NCBI GenBank assembly: GCA_040389125.1
Contig: JAZKAN010000002.1
Span: 1,232-65,231 of the forward strand
From: Patescibacteria group bacterium
GTDB taxonomy: Bacteria; Patescibacteriota; Minisyncoccia; Phycocordibacterales; DATDWN01
DNA: 64,000 nucleotides
Direction: 5' to 3'
The notes beneath the pieces were generated by a model. It made no database searches. It was not told the DNA's origin and was given only the letters and a program-made list of their open reading frames with translations. Both the position numbers and the translations under genes were made by a program. This document shows positions 1 to 7,300 of this stretch, piece by piece (position 1 is the stretch's first letter; each line of letters opens with the position of its first letter).

Positions 1-209
1 GAGATGTGCTTGGAGTCAAAATCGAGCTTTCAGGACGACTCGGAGGTGCGTCAATGGCACGTCAGGAGAAAATCAAGCGTGGACGAATCCCACTTCAGAC
101 ATTCCGCGCAGATGTTGATTTTGTAAAATACGAAGCTCGTCTTCCATACGGTGCGATCGGTATCAAGGTTTGGATCTATAAAGGCGAGATCTTCGCAAAA
201 GAAAAATAA
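1..209 (+). CDS. rpsC: 30S ribosomal protein S3, C-terminal fragment (5' end lies outside the window)
   Basis: Translation [58 protein letters not shown] matches the conserved S3 C-terminus. It lies directly upstream of rplP, as in the canonical order. Confidence 0.9.
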   Translation, partial: DVLGVKIELSGRLGGASMARQEKIKRGRIPLQTFRADVDFVKYEARLPYGAIGIKVWIYKGEIFAKEK

Positions 210-226
210 TTTTTTAATACACGACC

Positions 227-646
227 ATGTTAGTCCCAAAAAAAGTTAAATATCGAAAGTGGCATACTATGCGAAAAAACGACGCCAAAGTCGGCGTTGC
301 TTCACGTGGTACAACAATCTCTTTTGGCTCATATGCTATCAAGGCAACTGAAGGCAAACGTATCATGTCAAACCAGATCGAAGCTGCTCGAAAGGCACTT
401 TCCCGCGCTGTGGGTAAAACTGGCAAGGTATGGATTCGCATTTTCCCAGATATGCCACTCACTAAAAAGCCAGCCGAAGTAAAGCTTGGAAAGGGTAAGG
501 GAGATTTGTTTGGATACTGCGCACCGGTCAAGCCAGGACGCATTATCTTTGAAGTTGATGGTGTTACAGAGGCTGTTGCACGAGAGGCTCTCCGAAAGGC
601 GGGTACAAAACTTCCAGTCAAGACTCGTATCGTTTCTCGAGCATAA
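227..646 (+). CDS. rplP: 50S ribosomal protein L16
   Basis: 139 aa starting MLVPKKVKYRKWH, with GKGKGDLFGYCAPVKPGRIIFEV. This is the typical L16 signature and operon position. Confidence 0.97.
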   Translation: MLVPKKVKYRKWHTMRKNDAKVGVASRGTTISFGSYAIKATEGKRIMSNQIEAARKALSRAVGKTGKVWIRIFPDMPLTKKPAEVKLGKGKGDLFGYCAPVKPGRIIFEVDGVTEAVAREALRKAGTKLPVKTRIVSRA

Positions 647-660
647 TTTTACATATACAT

Positions 661-861
661 ATGAAAAAAGACGCTAAAAAAGAATTAATAAAGAAAAATC
701 CAAAGGAGTTGCAGGCTGCTATTTTGGAAAAACGAACAGCGCTTCAGACATTTCGATTTGCTGTTGCAGGTAGCAAGGCACGCAATGTAAAAGAAGGCCA
801 GACACTCAAGCGTGATATTGCTCGTATCGAGACACTCCTTACAGCACTCAAGAATAAATAA
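661..861 (+). CDS. rpmC: 50S ribosomal protein L29
   Basis: 66 aa, lysine-rich and helical (ELQAAILEKRTALQTFRF). It sits between rplP and rpsQ. Confidence 0.9.
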   Translation: MKKDAKKELIKKNPKELQAAILEKRTALQTFRFAVAGSKARNVKEGQTLKRDIARIETLLTALKNK

Positions 862-870
862 TACAAAACC

Positions 871-1146
871 ATGGCTACCAAAAATACAAAAAAAATAATT
901 TCTGAAAAAACACCAGTTGCATCAAAGGGTAAACAGCTCGTGGGCGTGGTGACTTCGGATAAAATGAAAGATACTGTCGTGGTGCAGGTTTCTAGATTTG
1001 TAAAACACCCAAAGTATGGTAAGTTCATAAACATGCACAAGAAATTCAAGGCGCATGATGCTGGAAATACCAAGAAAATAGGGGACAAAGTGACAATCGA
1101 GGAATGCAAACCAATTTCAAAAGACAAGCATTTCAAAATAGTATAA
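871..1146 (+). CDS. rpsQ: 30S ribosomal protein S17
   Basis: 91 aa with GVVTSDKMKDTVVVQVSRFVKHPKYGK, the S17 OB-fold signature, in the expected operon position. Confidence 0.93.
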   Translation: MATKNTKKIISEKTPVASKGKQLVGVVTSDKMKDTVVVQVSRFVKHPKYGKFINMHKKFKAHDAGNTKKIGDKVTIEECKPISKDKHFKIV

Positions 1147-1185
1147 TAATTGTGCAGACTTCCGAATAATTTTAATTAAAACACC

Positions 1186-1563
1186 ATGATACAGCCACAA
1201 TCAATCGTCAAAATATGCGACAACACAGGAGCCAAAATTGGGCGAGTGTTCAAGGTGCTCGGTAGTTCTAAAAAGCGATACGCATCGATCGGCGAACTCG
1301 TTGTGCTCTCTGTTCAAAAGGCAGAACCACGAAAAGGTACAAAGAAAAAAGACGTTGTGTATGCTCTTGTTGTACGACAACGAGCTCCATTTCGCCGAAA
1401 GGATGGATCATACATTCGATTTGATGAAAATGCAGTTGTAATTGTGAGTAAGGATCCAAAGAAAAAGGAGCCGGTTGCTGCACGTGTGTTCGGACCCATC
1501 CCACGAGAAATCGGTGAAGTGGGATACCAAAAGATAATTTCATTGGCACCAGAAGTCGTATAA
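1186..1563 (+). CDS. rplN: 50S ribosomal protein L14
   Basis: 125 aa starting MIQPQSIVKICDNTGAK, the hallmark L14 N-terminus. Confidence 0.97.
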   Translation: MIQPQSIVKICDNTGAKIGRVFKVLGSSKKRYASIGELVVLSVQKAEPRKGTKKKDVVYALVVRQRAPFRRKDGSYIRFDENAVVIVSKDPKKKEPVAARVFGPIPREIGEVGYQKIISLAPEVV

Positions 1564-1584
1564 TACTCCTTTAATTTTACATAT

Positions 1585-1830
1585 ATGAAAATCAAAAAAG
1601 ACGACAAGGTAATAGTAATCGCAGGCAAGGACAAGGGTAAATCTGGTTCTGTGGTCAAAGCGATGCCAAAGGAAAACAAAGTAGTTGTTTCTGGTGTAAA
1701 CATACTCAAGGTTCACAAGAAAGCTCGCAAGGGTGGTGAAAAGGGTCAGATCATCGACAAGACAATGCCAATTCACGTTTCAAACGTAAAGCTTGCAGAG
1801 AAAAAAGCCAAAGCAAAGAAAACAAAGTAA
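1585..1830 (+). CDS. rplX: 50S ribosomal protein L24
   Basis: 81 aa starting MKIKKDDKVIVIAGKDKGK (KOW motif). It follows rplN. Confidence 0.9.
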   Translation: MKIKKDDKVIVIAGKDKGKSGSVVKAMPKENKVVVSGVNILKVHKKARKGGEKGQIIDKTMPIHVSNVKLAEKKAKAKKTK

Positions 1831-1851
1831 TTTTAAACAACTAAAACTGCC

Positions 1852-2454
1852 ATGGAAACAACAAAAGACAAAGTAGCATCTGCGTTCACAGCCCTCAAGG
1901 GTGAGTTTGGATACAAGAACAAAATGCAGGCACCAAAGATTGTGAAATTGGTGGTTTCTTCTGGTGTGGGATCAATCAAAGATAAAAAGAAAATTGAACT
2001 CGTGATCGACCGTCTCGCTCGCATCACTGGTCAGAAACCAGTCAAGAAAGGCGCAAAGCAATCTGTGGCAGCGTTTAAGGTGCGAGAAGGGGACACAGTA
2101 GGAACACAGATCACTCTTCGAGGTGCGCGCATGTACGATTTTATTGACCGACTCATTCACATCGCTCTCCCTCGAACAAAGGACTTCCGTGGTATTTCTG
2201 CAAACGGCATTGATGAAATGGGTAACTACACAGTCGGCATCCGCGAGCACTCTATTTTCCCTGAAACAGGCGATGAGGAACTCAAAGATATTTTCGGTCT
2301 CGCTATCACTGTCGTCACAAACGTAAAGAATCCAAAAGAAACTCGTGCATTTTTGACTCACCTCGGATTTCCATTCAAGAAAGTAGAAACAAAGGAGGCA
2401 AAAGTTGCAAAGGTTATAGAAACCAAAGGCAAAGCAAAATTCGGTAAAAAATAG
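1852..2454 (+). CDS. rplE: 50S ribosomal protein L5
   Basis: 200 aa with YKNKMQAPKIVKLVVSSGVG and GISANGIDEMGNYTVGIREHSIFPE, which are conserved L5 blocks. Confidence 0.97.
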   Translation: METTKDKVASAFTALKGEFGYKNKMQAPKIVKLVVSSGVGSIKDKKKIELVIDRLARITGQKPVKKGAKQSVAAFKVREGDTVGTQITLRGARMYDFIDRLIHIALPRTKDFRGISANGIDEMGNYTVGIREHSIFPETGDEELKDIFGLAITVVTNVKNPKETRAFLTHLGFPFKKVETKEAKVAKVIETKGKAKFGKK

Positions 2455-2481
2455 AACTTTCAATTTTCAAAATCTCAAATC

Positions 2482-2510
2482 AAAACACCCCACTCGGGGT
2501 GTTTTGATTT
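2482..2510 (+). terminator. Intrinsic terminator directly after rplE
   Basis: Stem AACACCCC (2484-2491), loop ACTC, stem GGGGTGTT (2496-2503), followed by TTGATTT. Confidence 0.75.
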
Positions 2511-2562
2511 ACTTGTATTTTCTTGAAAAGTATGGTTTTATATTGTAGGAGGCTGTAAAGAG

Positions 2563-2958
2563 ATGACGGCGGATACAATCATATTGATTTGTTGGATAGG
2601 CCTTGGCTTGTCCGTGCTTTGCTTGATTCGAGGGTGGCAACTCAGACTCCGTGCTCGACGTAGAGAGCTCGTGCAGAAAGTCACTCTGTACATGAAAGGT
2701 GGAGCATCGGCAAACACCTACCACAAAATCATTATTCGAGTGGTTGCAGGTCGTCAAGTGGTGGCTATCTGCTATGACAAAGGTCGCGAAATAGTCGTCG
2801 CTAAGGTGACTGTGGGGAATTGGACTGTTCAAACCGAGTCCATTCCCAATGAACTCAATCTCTATTCCGACATTAGCGAGGGGGAAGAAATCCTGGAATG
2901 GCTGAATCAAATTGCAGGATATTTGCGCACCTATAACATACCACTTGTGGCGGCGTGA
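2563..2958 (+). CDS. Hypothetical membrane-anchored protein (orphan cassette 1 inside the r-protein operon)
   Basis: 131-aa ORF with an AGGAGG Shine-Dalgarno site upstream. The N-terminus has a hydrophobic helix (IILICWIGLGLSVLCLI). It has its own terminator and is visibly GC-richer than its neighbours. Confidence 0.6.
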   Translation: MTADTIILICWIGLGLSVLCLIRGWQLRLRARRRELVQKVTLYMKGGASANTYHKIIIRVVAGRQVVAICYDKGREIVVAKVTVGNWTVQTESIPNELNLYSDISEGEEILEWLNQIAGYLRTYNIPLVAA

Positions 2959-2977
2959 AATGCCACCACCAAATCAA

Positions 2978-3009
2978 GCCGGCGTACCCACATGGGTCCG
3001 CCGGCTTTT
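2978..3009 (+). terminator. Intrinsic terminator of cassette 1
   Basis: GCCGGCG (2978-2984) pairs with CGCCGGC (2999-3005), followed by TTTT. The tail GCCGGCTTTTCACATGC recurs at 4237-4253. Confidence 0.7.
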
Positions 3010-3069
3010 CACATGCTCAAAACTTGTTTTAAATATGAGAGTATGTTTCCATTATATGAGGAGGGAGAT

Positions 3070-3477
3070 ATGCATAGGCTAACGCTCAGCATGGCCAGTT
3101 TCATCAGTGGGGAATTGGTAAAGGATCTTTGGAGGATGACGGACGGTAGCAATACCTGCTTTAGCTATCTCGACCGCGGGCATTTTGAGGCAGGGGTGGA
3201 GATATGTGAATTTTTTGTTGACATTGGGAGTATGAAAAAAAGACTTGAGTCTACTGGACCTCAATCTCACCCTTGCTCAAGGTTCAATTTTTCCCTGGAG
3301 CTGAGTGAGTCAGCACGAGCAAAGCCAAATGGAATGCTTGTGTTGGGCGTGTTGCAGAGTATGTCCAAACCCACTCAATGCCTTTTGTCTCGTTTGCTAA
3401 ACGGGAGAAATCTGCGTGAGCATCATCTGCAAGCGATAGAAGATTTCTTTTTTGAATTACATCGGCTCCTAGCATGA
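3070..3477 (+). CDS. Hypothetical protein (orphan cassette 2)
   Basis: In-frame ATG at 3070 preceded by GAGGAGGGAG. The track ORF start at 2992 would overlap the previous terminator hairpin. 135 aa with no recognisable motif. Confidence 0.5.
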   Translation: MHRLTLSMASFISGELVKDLWRMTDGSNTCFSYLDRGHFEAGVEICEFFVDIGSMKKRLESTGPQSHPCSRFNFSLELSESARAKPNGMLVLGVLQSMSKPTQCLLSRLLNGRNLREHHLQAIEDFFFELHRLLA

Positions 3478-3494
3478 CTTGTATCCGTTCACCA

Positions 3495-3527
3495 GCTGGC
3501 GTACCCTATCTCGGTCCGCCAGCTTTT
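3495..3527 (+). terminator. Intrinsic terminator of cassette 2
   Basis: GCTGGCG (3495-3501) pairs with CGCCAGC (3517-3523), followed by TTTT. It is homologous in layout and sequence to the terminators at 2978 and 4215. Confidence 0.65.
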
Positions 3528-3583
3528 CGTGTCTACACCATATAAATTTAAATTAAGCTCTCAACCCAGCCTTTTTCTACCCC

Positions 3584-3612
3584 TTGCATTTTATTCTTAT
3601 GTGTGATATAAT
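3584..3612 (+). promoter_or_regulatory. Sigma70-like promoter of cassette 3
   Basis: TTGCAT (3584-3589), 17-nt spacer, TATAAT (3607-3612). Confidence 0.5.
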
Positions 3613-3693
3613 ACAGGAGAAAGCTGAAGTGGGGCAGCTATAGACTCCATTCGCCGTCGGGCGTTAAATAGATCATTGATAAGGTGGTAGAAA

Positions 3694-4194
3694 ATGTTTG
3701 AAACGAATCAGACCCTCACAATTCAGTGGCCAGCACCCCTGGTCATTGTAGCGTCCCTCGCGTTTGCAATTCTGATAGTTGGTGGAGGTGCATGGTACCT
3801 TCATTGGCGAATCAAGGTAGTTATCGAGAAAGCTCTGAGCAAAGGAAAGGGTCTAAGTCATAAAGACGCTCAGCTCCAGACTACTCGCTACAATCTTGCT
3901 GGGCAGATTAAAAATACTCTGGCAACAACTGCAAAAGATCACCCAGTAAGTGATTTCATTCATGTGGAAAACTTATCGGATCGAGCAGAACTTTGCAGGT
4001 ATGTTGTGACAGCTTTCTATGTAAAAAGAAGCGTTGAATTGATTGTCCAAGTGACTGTGATGAAAGACTCGATTACTGCTCAAACTGCTTCTGGTCCGCA
4101 CAGTAGTCTGGGGTGCAGGGCTGATAGCGGAGACATGCTACTTTTTTTGGAAGGAATAAAAGATGAGGTCAGGGAGTTTAGGCCTAAATCCTAA
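3694..4194 (+). CDS. Hypothetical membrane-anchored protein (orphan cassette 3)
   Basis: 166-aa ORF with AAGGTGG 7 nt upstream. It has an N-terminal TM helix (LVIVASLAFAILIVGGGAWYL) and the same overall layout as cassette 1. Confidence 0.6.
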   Translation: MFETNQTLTIQWPAPLVIVASLAFAILIVGGGAWYLHWRIKVVIEKALSKGKGLSHKDAQLQTTRYNLAGQIKNTLATTAKDHPVSDFIHVENLSDRAELCRYVVTAFYVKRSVELIVQVTVMKDSITAQTASGPHSSLGCRADSGDMLLFLEGIKDEVREFRPKS

Positions 4195-4214
4195 ACACTT
4201 GAATCATCATACTA

Positions 4215-4246
4215 GCCGGTGCGTCCTTCGGGACGCGCCGGCTTTT
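4215..4246 (+). terminator. Intrinsic terminator of cassette 3
   Basis: GCCGGTGCGTCC, loop TTCG, GGACGCGCCGGC, followed by TTTT. Confidence 0.75.
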
Positions 4247-4273
4247 CACATGCAAAAAATTACGTACCCACTA

Positions 4274-4443
4274 GCATTACAGAAGCATGAGCATTTTTGG
4301 AGACCCCGCAGGCCTGAAGCATGGTTCTGTCAACGACCCGCCTTTTAGGGGCGGGCTCATTGACAGATTCAGGTCGAGGAAATGCTGAAAGTCCCGCAGG
4401 GGACTTGAAGGAATCTCCAAAAATGCTCATGCTTCTGTAATGC
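4274..4443 (+). repeat. Nested-palindrome repeat, family A, copy 1
   Basis: A 30-nt outer arm GCATTACAGAAGCATGAGCATTTTTGGAGA (4274-4303) is exactly complementary to 4414-4443. The inner core CCGCAGGCCTGAAGCATGGTTCTGTCAACGAC..CTCATTGACAGATTCAGGTCGAGG is shared with 41795-41951 and 43798-43984. Confidence 0.7.
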
Positions 4444-4454
4444 GAACTCTTAGT

Positions 4455-4483
4455 TTGACTCCCACACGGTAATCTGATAGTAT
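4455..4483 (+). promoter_or_regulatory. Sigma70-like promoter that restarts the r-protein operon at rpsN
   Basis: TTGACT (4455-4460), 17-nt spacer, TAGTAT (4478-4483), about 30 nt upstream of rpsN. Confidence 0.5.
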
Positions 4484-4514
4484 GACCCCAGCTTGTAAAA
4501 GCTAATTTTATTTC

Positions 4515-4700
4515 ATGGCAAAAACATCAGTAAAAGCACGAGCAGCTAAAACCCCGAAATTCGGGACACGAGCGGTAAACCGTTGCTTTCGATGTAGTCG
4601 AAAACACGGATTCATGCGTGATTTCGGTCTCTGCAGAATCTGTTTTCGAGAGTTAGCAAACGAGGGAAAAATCCCTGGAATAAAAAAGTCCTCATGGTAG
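4515..4700 (+). CDS. rpsN: 30S ribosomal protein S14, short zinc-ribbon (type Z) form
   Basis: 61 aa with CFRCSRKHGFMRDFGLCRICFRE (CxxC...CxxC) and a C-terminal KSSW. Confidence 0.93.
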   Translation: MAKTSVKARAAKTPKFGTRAVNRCFRCSRKHGFMRDFGLCRICFRELANEGKIPGIKKSSW

Positions 4701-4777
4701 AGGCGCAAAACTAGTTGTCTCGGTAAGTCAGAGAATCTCTTCTCTCGATACTACCCAGATATAATACACAACACACA

Positions 4778-5167
4778 ATGCACGACCCAATTGGAGATAT
4801 GATTATCCGAATAAAGAACGCCTCAGACTCACGAAAAGAATCTGTGGTATTTCCGCATTCAAAACTCAAACTGGCTATTCTCGACACACTTCTAAAGGAA
4901 GGTTACGTAAAGTCATTTGGAAAGAAAGGTAAAAAGGTAGCAAAATTCATCGAGGTTGTTCTCGTATACGTAGACGGAGCACCACGAATCACTGGTGTCG
5001 AGCGTGTGTCAAAAACATCAAAGCGAATCTACACAAAGTCACAGGAGATTCGATCTGTAAAAAGTGGAATGGGATCGCTCATTCTCTCGACTCCACAGGG
5101 AATTATGACAGACAAGGCTGCTAAAAAGGCAAATGTTGGAGGCGAGGCTCTCTTTAAAATCTGGTAA
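4778..5167 (+). CDS. rpsH: 30S ribosomal protein S8
   Basis: 129 aa starting MHDPIGDMIIRIKNA and ending GGEALFKIW, a typical S8. Confidence 0.96.
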   Translation: MHDPIGDMIIRIKNASDSRKESVVFPHSKLKLAILDTLLKEGYVKSFGKKGKKVAKFIEVVLVYVDGAPRITGVERVSKTSKRIYTKSQEIRSVKSGMGSLILSTPQGIMTDKAAKKANVGGEALFKIW

Positions 5168-5177
5168 TACAAAACAT

Positions 5178-5711
5178 ATGTCACGAATCGGAAAAAAAAT
5201 AATAGCAATTCCAGAGAAAACAACAGTCACTACAGACGGTCTGAATTTTACTGTAGTTGGACCACTCGGAACACTCACAAAAAAGTTCAAGTCTGATATC
5301 GTGATCACGATAGGAGACAAAGAAATCACTCTCGAACCAAAACGCGTGACACTTGAAAACAAGGCACTGTGGGGAACATATGCATCCCACCTCATGAATA
5401 TGGTAAACGGCGTTACAACTCCATTTTCTAAAAAACTGATCATCGAGGGAATCGGATATAAATCTGAAGTCAAAGGCGACAACCTCGTCATGGCTCTCGG
5501 ATTTTCACACCCTGTTATTGTTCCGATTCCAAAGGGCTTGAAAGTAACTGCAGAGAAAAATATCATCACTGCAACAGGTATCGACAAAGAAGTCGTGGGA
5601 GAGTTTGTTGCAAACATACGATCACTCAAGAAACCAGAACCATACAAAGGTAAGGGTATTCGATACGAGGGAGAAGTGGTCAAGCGTAAACAAGGCAAGA
5701 AATCTGCATAA
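5178..5711 (+). CDS. rplF: 50S ribosomal protein L6
   Basis: The in-frame ATG at 5178 gives MSRIGKKIIAIPEKTTV, the canonical L6 N-terminus. The track start at 5133 overlaps rpsH. Confidence 0.95.
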   Translation: MSRIGKKIIAIPEKTTVTTDGLNFTVVGPLGTLTKKFKSDIVITIGDKEITLEPKRVTLENKALWGTYASHLMNMVNGVTTPFSKKLIIEGIGYKSEVKGDNLVMALGFSHPVIVPIPKGLKVTAEKNIITATGIDKEVVGEFVANIRSLKKPEPYKGKGIRYEGEVVKRKQGKKSA

Positions 5712-5730
5712 TCTCAATATATAAAATAGT

Positions 5731-6081
5731 ATGAAATCATTAAACATTAAAAACGAAAAGAGAGTACGACGACACGCGAGAATTCGCTACAGTGTTGTGG
5801 GTACTCCTACAAAGCCCCGCCTCTCTGTATTCAAGTCAAACAAACACATCGCTGTTCAGCTGATCGATGATGAAAACGCAGTCACACTCGCGTCAGTACA
5901 TTCTCGAGATGTTAAAGGTAAAACAATGATGGAAAAGTCGAGAGCAGTCGGAGAGGCAATCGCTACAAAAGCGGCTGCCAAGAAAATTGAGACGGTTGTT
6001 TTTGACCGAGGAGGATTCCGATACATTGGGTGTGTGGAGGCTCTCGCAGAAGGCGCACGCAAAGGCGGACTCAAATTTTAA
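5731..6081 (+). CDS. rplR: 50S ribosomal protein L18
   Basis: 116 aa with RRHARIR, PRLSVFKSNKHIAVQLIDD and FDRGGFRYIG. Confidence 0.95.
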   Translation: MKSLNIKNEKRVRRHARIRYSVVGTPTKPRLSVFKSNKHIAVQLIDDENAVTLASVHSRDVKGKTMMEKSRAVGEAIATKAAAKKIETVVFDRGGFRYIGCVEALAEGARKGGLKF

Positions 6082-6089
6082 AAAATATT

Positions 6090-6683
6090 ATGGATACAGA
6101 AATTAAAAAAACAGAAGGTGATGTGGTAAGTGCAGGAGCACCTGATTCTCGCGATAATGCGCAGGGTGGTAGTCAAGGTTCATCGCGTGAATTTCGAAAG
6201 AATACTCGCAAGGCACCTCCACGCCGTGAGGCTCGCGTCAAGCCTGAATTCGATCAGAAGATCGTCAGCATTCGCCGCGTGACTCGAGTGGTAACAGGAG
6301 GCCGACGATTCAGTTTCTCTGTTGGTATTGTGATTGGTGACCGCAAGGGTCGCGTCGGTGTGGGACAAGGCAAGGCAGGAGACACTCCGATCGCTATCGA
6401 CAAGGCTGTTCGTGATGCTCGCAAAAACATGATCACTGTCCCTATGACCAAAAATGGTTCGATTCCACACGAAGTTGACGCAAAGTTCTCGAGCTCTCGA
6501 GTACACATCATGCGTGCACCAGGCAAGGGTATTCTCGCTGGATCGTCTGTTCGAACAGTACTTGAATTCGCTGGCGTAAAAGAAGTCAGTGCAAAAATCT
6601 TTTCTCGAAGCAAGAACAAAGTAAACAATGCCAAAGCAGCAGTAAAGGCTCTCGCAACACTCAAGTTGCCAAAGAATAAATAA
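6090..6683 (+). CDS. rpsE: 30S ribosomal protein S5
   Basis: ATG at 6090. The protein contains RRVTRVVTGGRRFSFSVGIVIGDRKGRVGVGQGKA, the S5 dsRBD signature. Confidence 0.95.
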   Translation: MDTEIKKTEGDVVSAGAPDSRDNAQGGSQGSSREFRKNTRKAPPRREARVKPEFDQKIVSIRRVTRVVTGGRRFSFSVGIVIGDRKGRVGVGQGKAGDTPIAIDKAVRDARKNMITVPMTKNGSIPHEVDAKFSSSRVHIMRAPGKGILAGSSVRTVLEFAGVKEVSAKIFSRSKNKVNNAKAAVKALATLKLPKNK

Positions 6684-6690
6684 AAATACC

Positions 6691-7131
6691 ATGCAAACTC
6701 ATAATCTAAAGCGAACACACGCAAATAAAAAAGCACGACAAGTAGGTCGTGGGGGAACTCGTGGAAAAACAGCAGGACGTGGAACAAAAGGACAGAACGC
6801 GCGTGCGGGTCACAAGAAACGACCAGAAATCCGAGATTTCATCAAACGTCTTCCTAAACTTCGTGGACGAGGTAAAAATATCAACACAAGTATTCAAACA
6901 AAACCAGTTGTTGTGAATTTAAAGGACCTCAAAAAATGTAAAGATGGAGATACTGTATCTCCTCGAACACTCGTAAAACATGGTATAGTGAGTAAGGTCG
7001 CTGGTGACCTTCCTCGAATCAAAATCCTGGGCAGTGGTACAGTTGAGGTGAAACTGACTGTAAAAGACTGCGAAGTCTCAGCTAGTGCAAAGGAGGCAAT
7101 CGAGAAAGCTGGAGGGACGGTTGTTCTTTAA
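6691..7131 (+). CDS. rplO: 50S ribosomal protein L15
   Basis: 146 aa with KKARQVGRGGTRGKTAGRGTKGQNARAG. It starts 7 nt after the rpsE stop, so no rpmD lies between them. Confidence 0.95.
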   Translation: MQTHNLKRTHANKKARQVGRGGTRGKTAGRGTKGQNARAGHKKRPEIRDFIKRLPKLRGRGKNINTSIQTKPVVVNLKDLKKCKDGDTVSPRTLVKHGIVSKVAGDLPRIKILGSGTVEVKLTVKDCEVSASAKEAIEKAGGTVVL

Positions 7132-7250
7132 AATCTCATTCTCCTCATGGCTTTTTAAAACACGGAGTCGCTCGGGGCACTCGCGCTCCTCGCTCTCGGG
7201 CCGTCGCCCCGCGTACGGTTTTAAAAAGTCATGAGTCAACGAGATTTTAA
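7128..7250 (+). repeat. Nested-palindrome repeat, family B, copy 1 (overlaps the rplO stop codon)
   Basis: 7132-7246 matches 25592-25706 at 111 of 115 positions by hand alignment. Ends are AATCTC...GAGATT, the stem is CTCATGRCTTTTTAAAAC, and the core is GC-rich. Confidence 0.75.
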
Positions 7251-7300
7251 AGAATACTCGCCTCTGCGCCGGGGTGGTAAAAGAAAATTCAAAAAATACA

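Noticed and set aside
214-621. Long antisense or overlapping ORFs from the six-frame track. Examples: 214..621(-), 744..1136(-), 5039..5698(-), 6254..6787(-), 7078..7635(-), 26724..27458(-), 42651..43265(-) and 52575..53042(-).
   Set aside because: Each lies fully inside or opposite a confidently identified conserved gene (r-proteins, secY, ftsH, pilM, pilD). Their low-complexity, Ser/Arg/Cys-rich translations are typical of shadow frames.
4274-4443. Family A, B and C palindromes considered as a CRISPR array or as integron attC sites.
   Set aside because: The copies are dispersed singly, not arrayed with spacers. No cas or intI gene is present. The arms lack the attC R''/R' core pair (RYYYAAC...GTTRRRY) at the expected positions.
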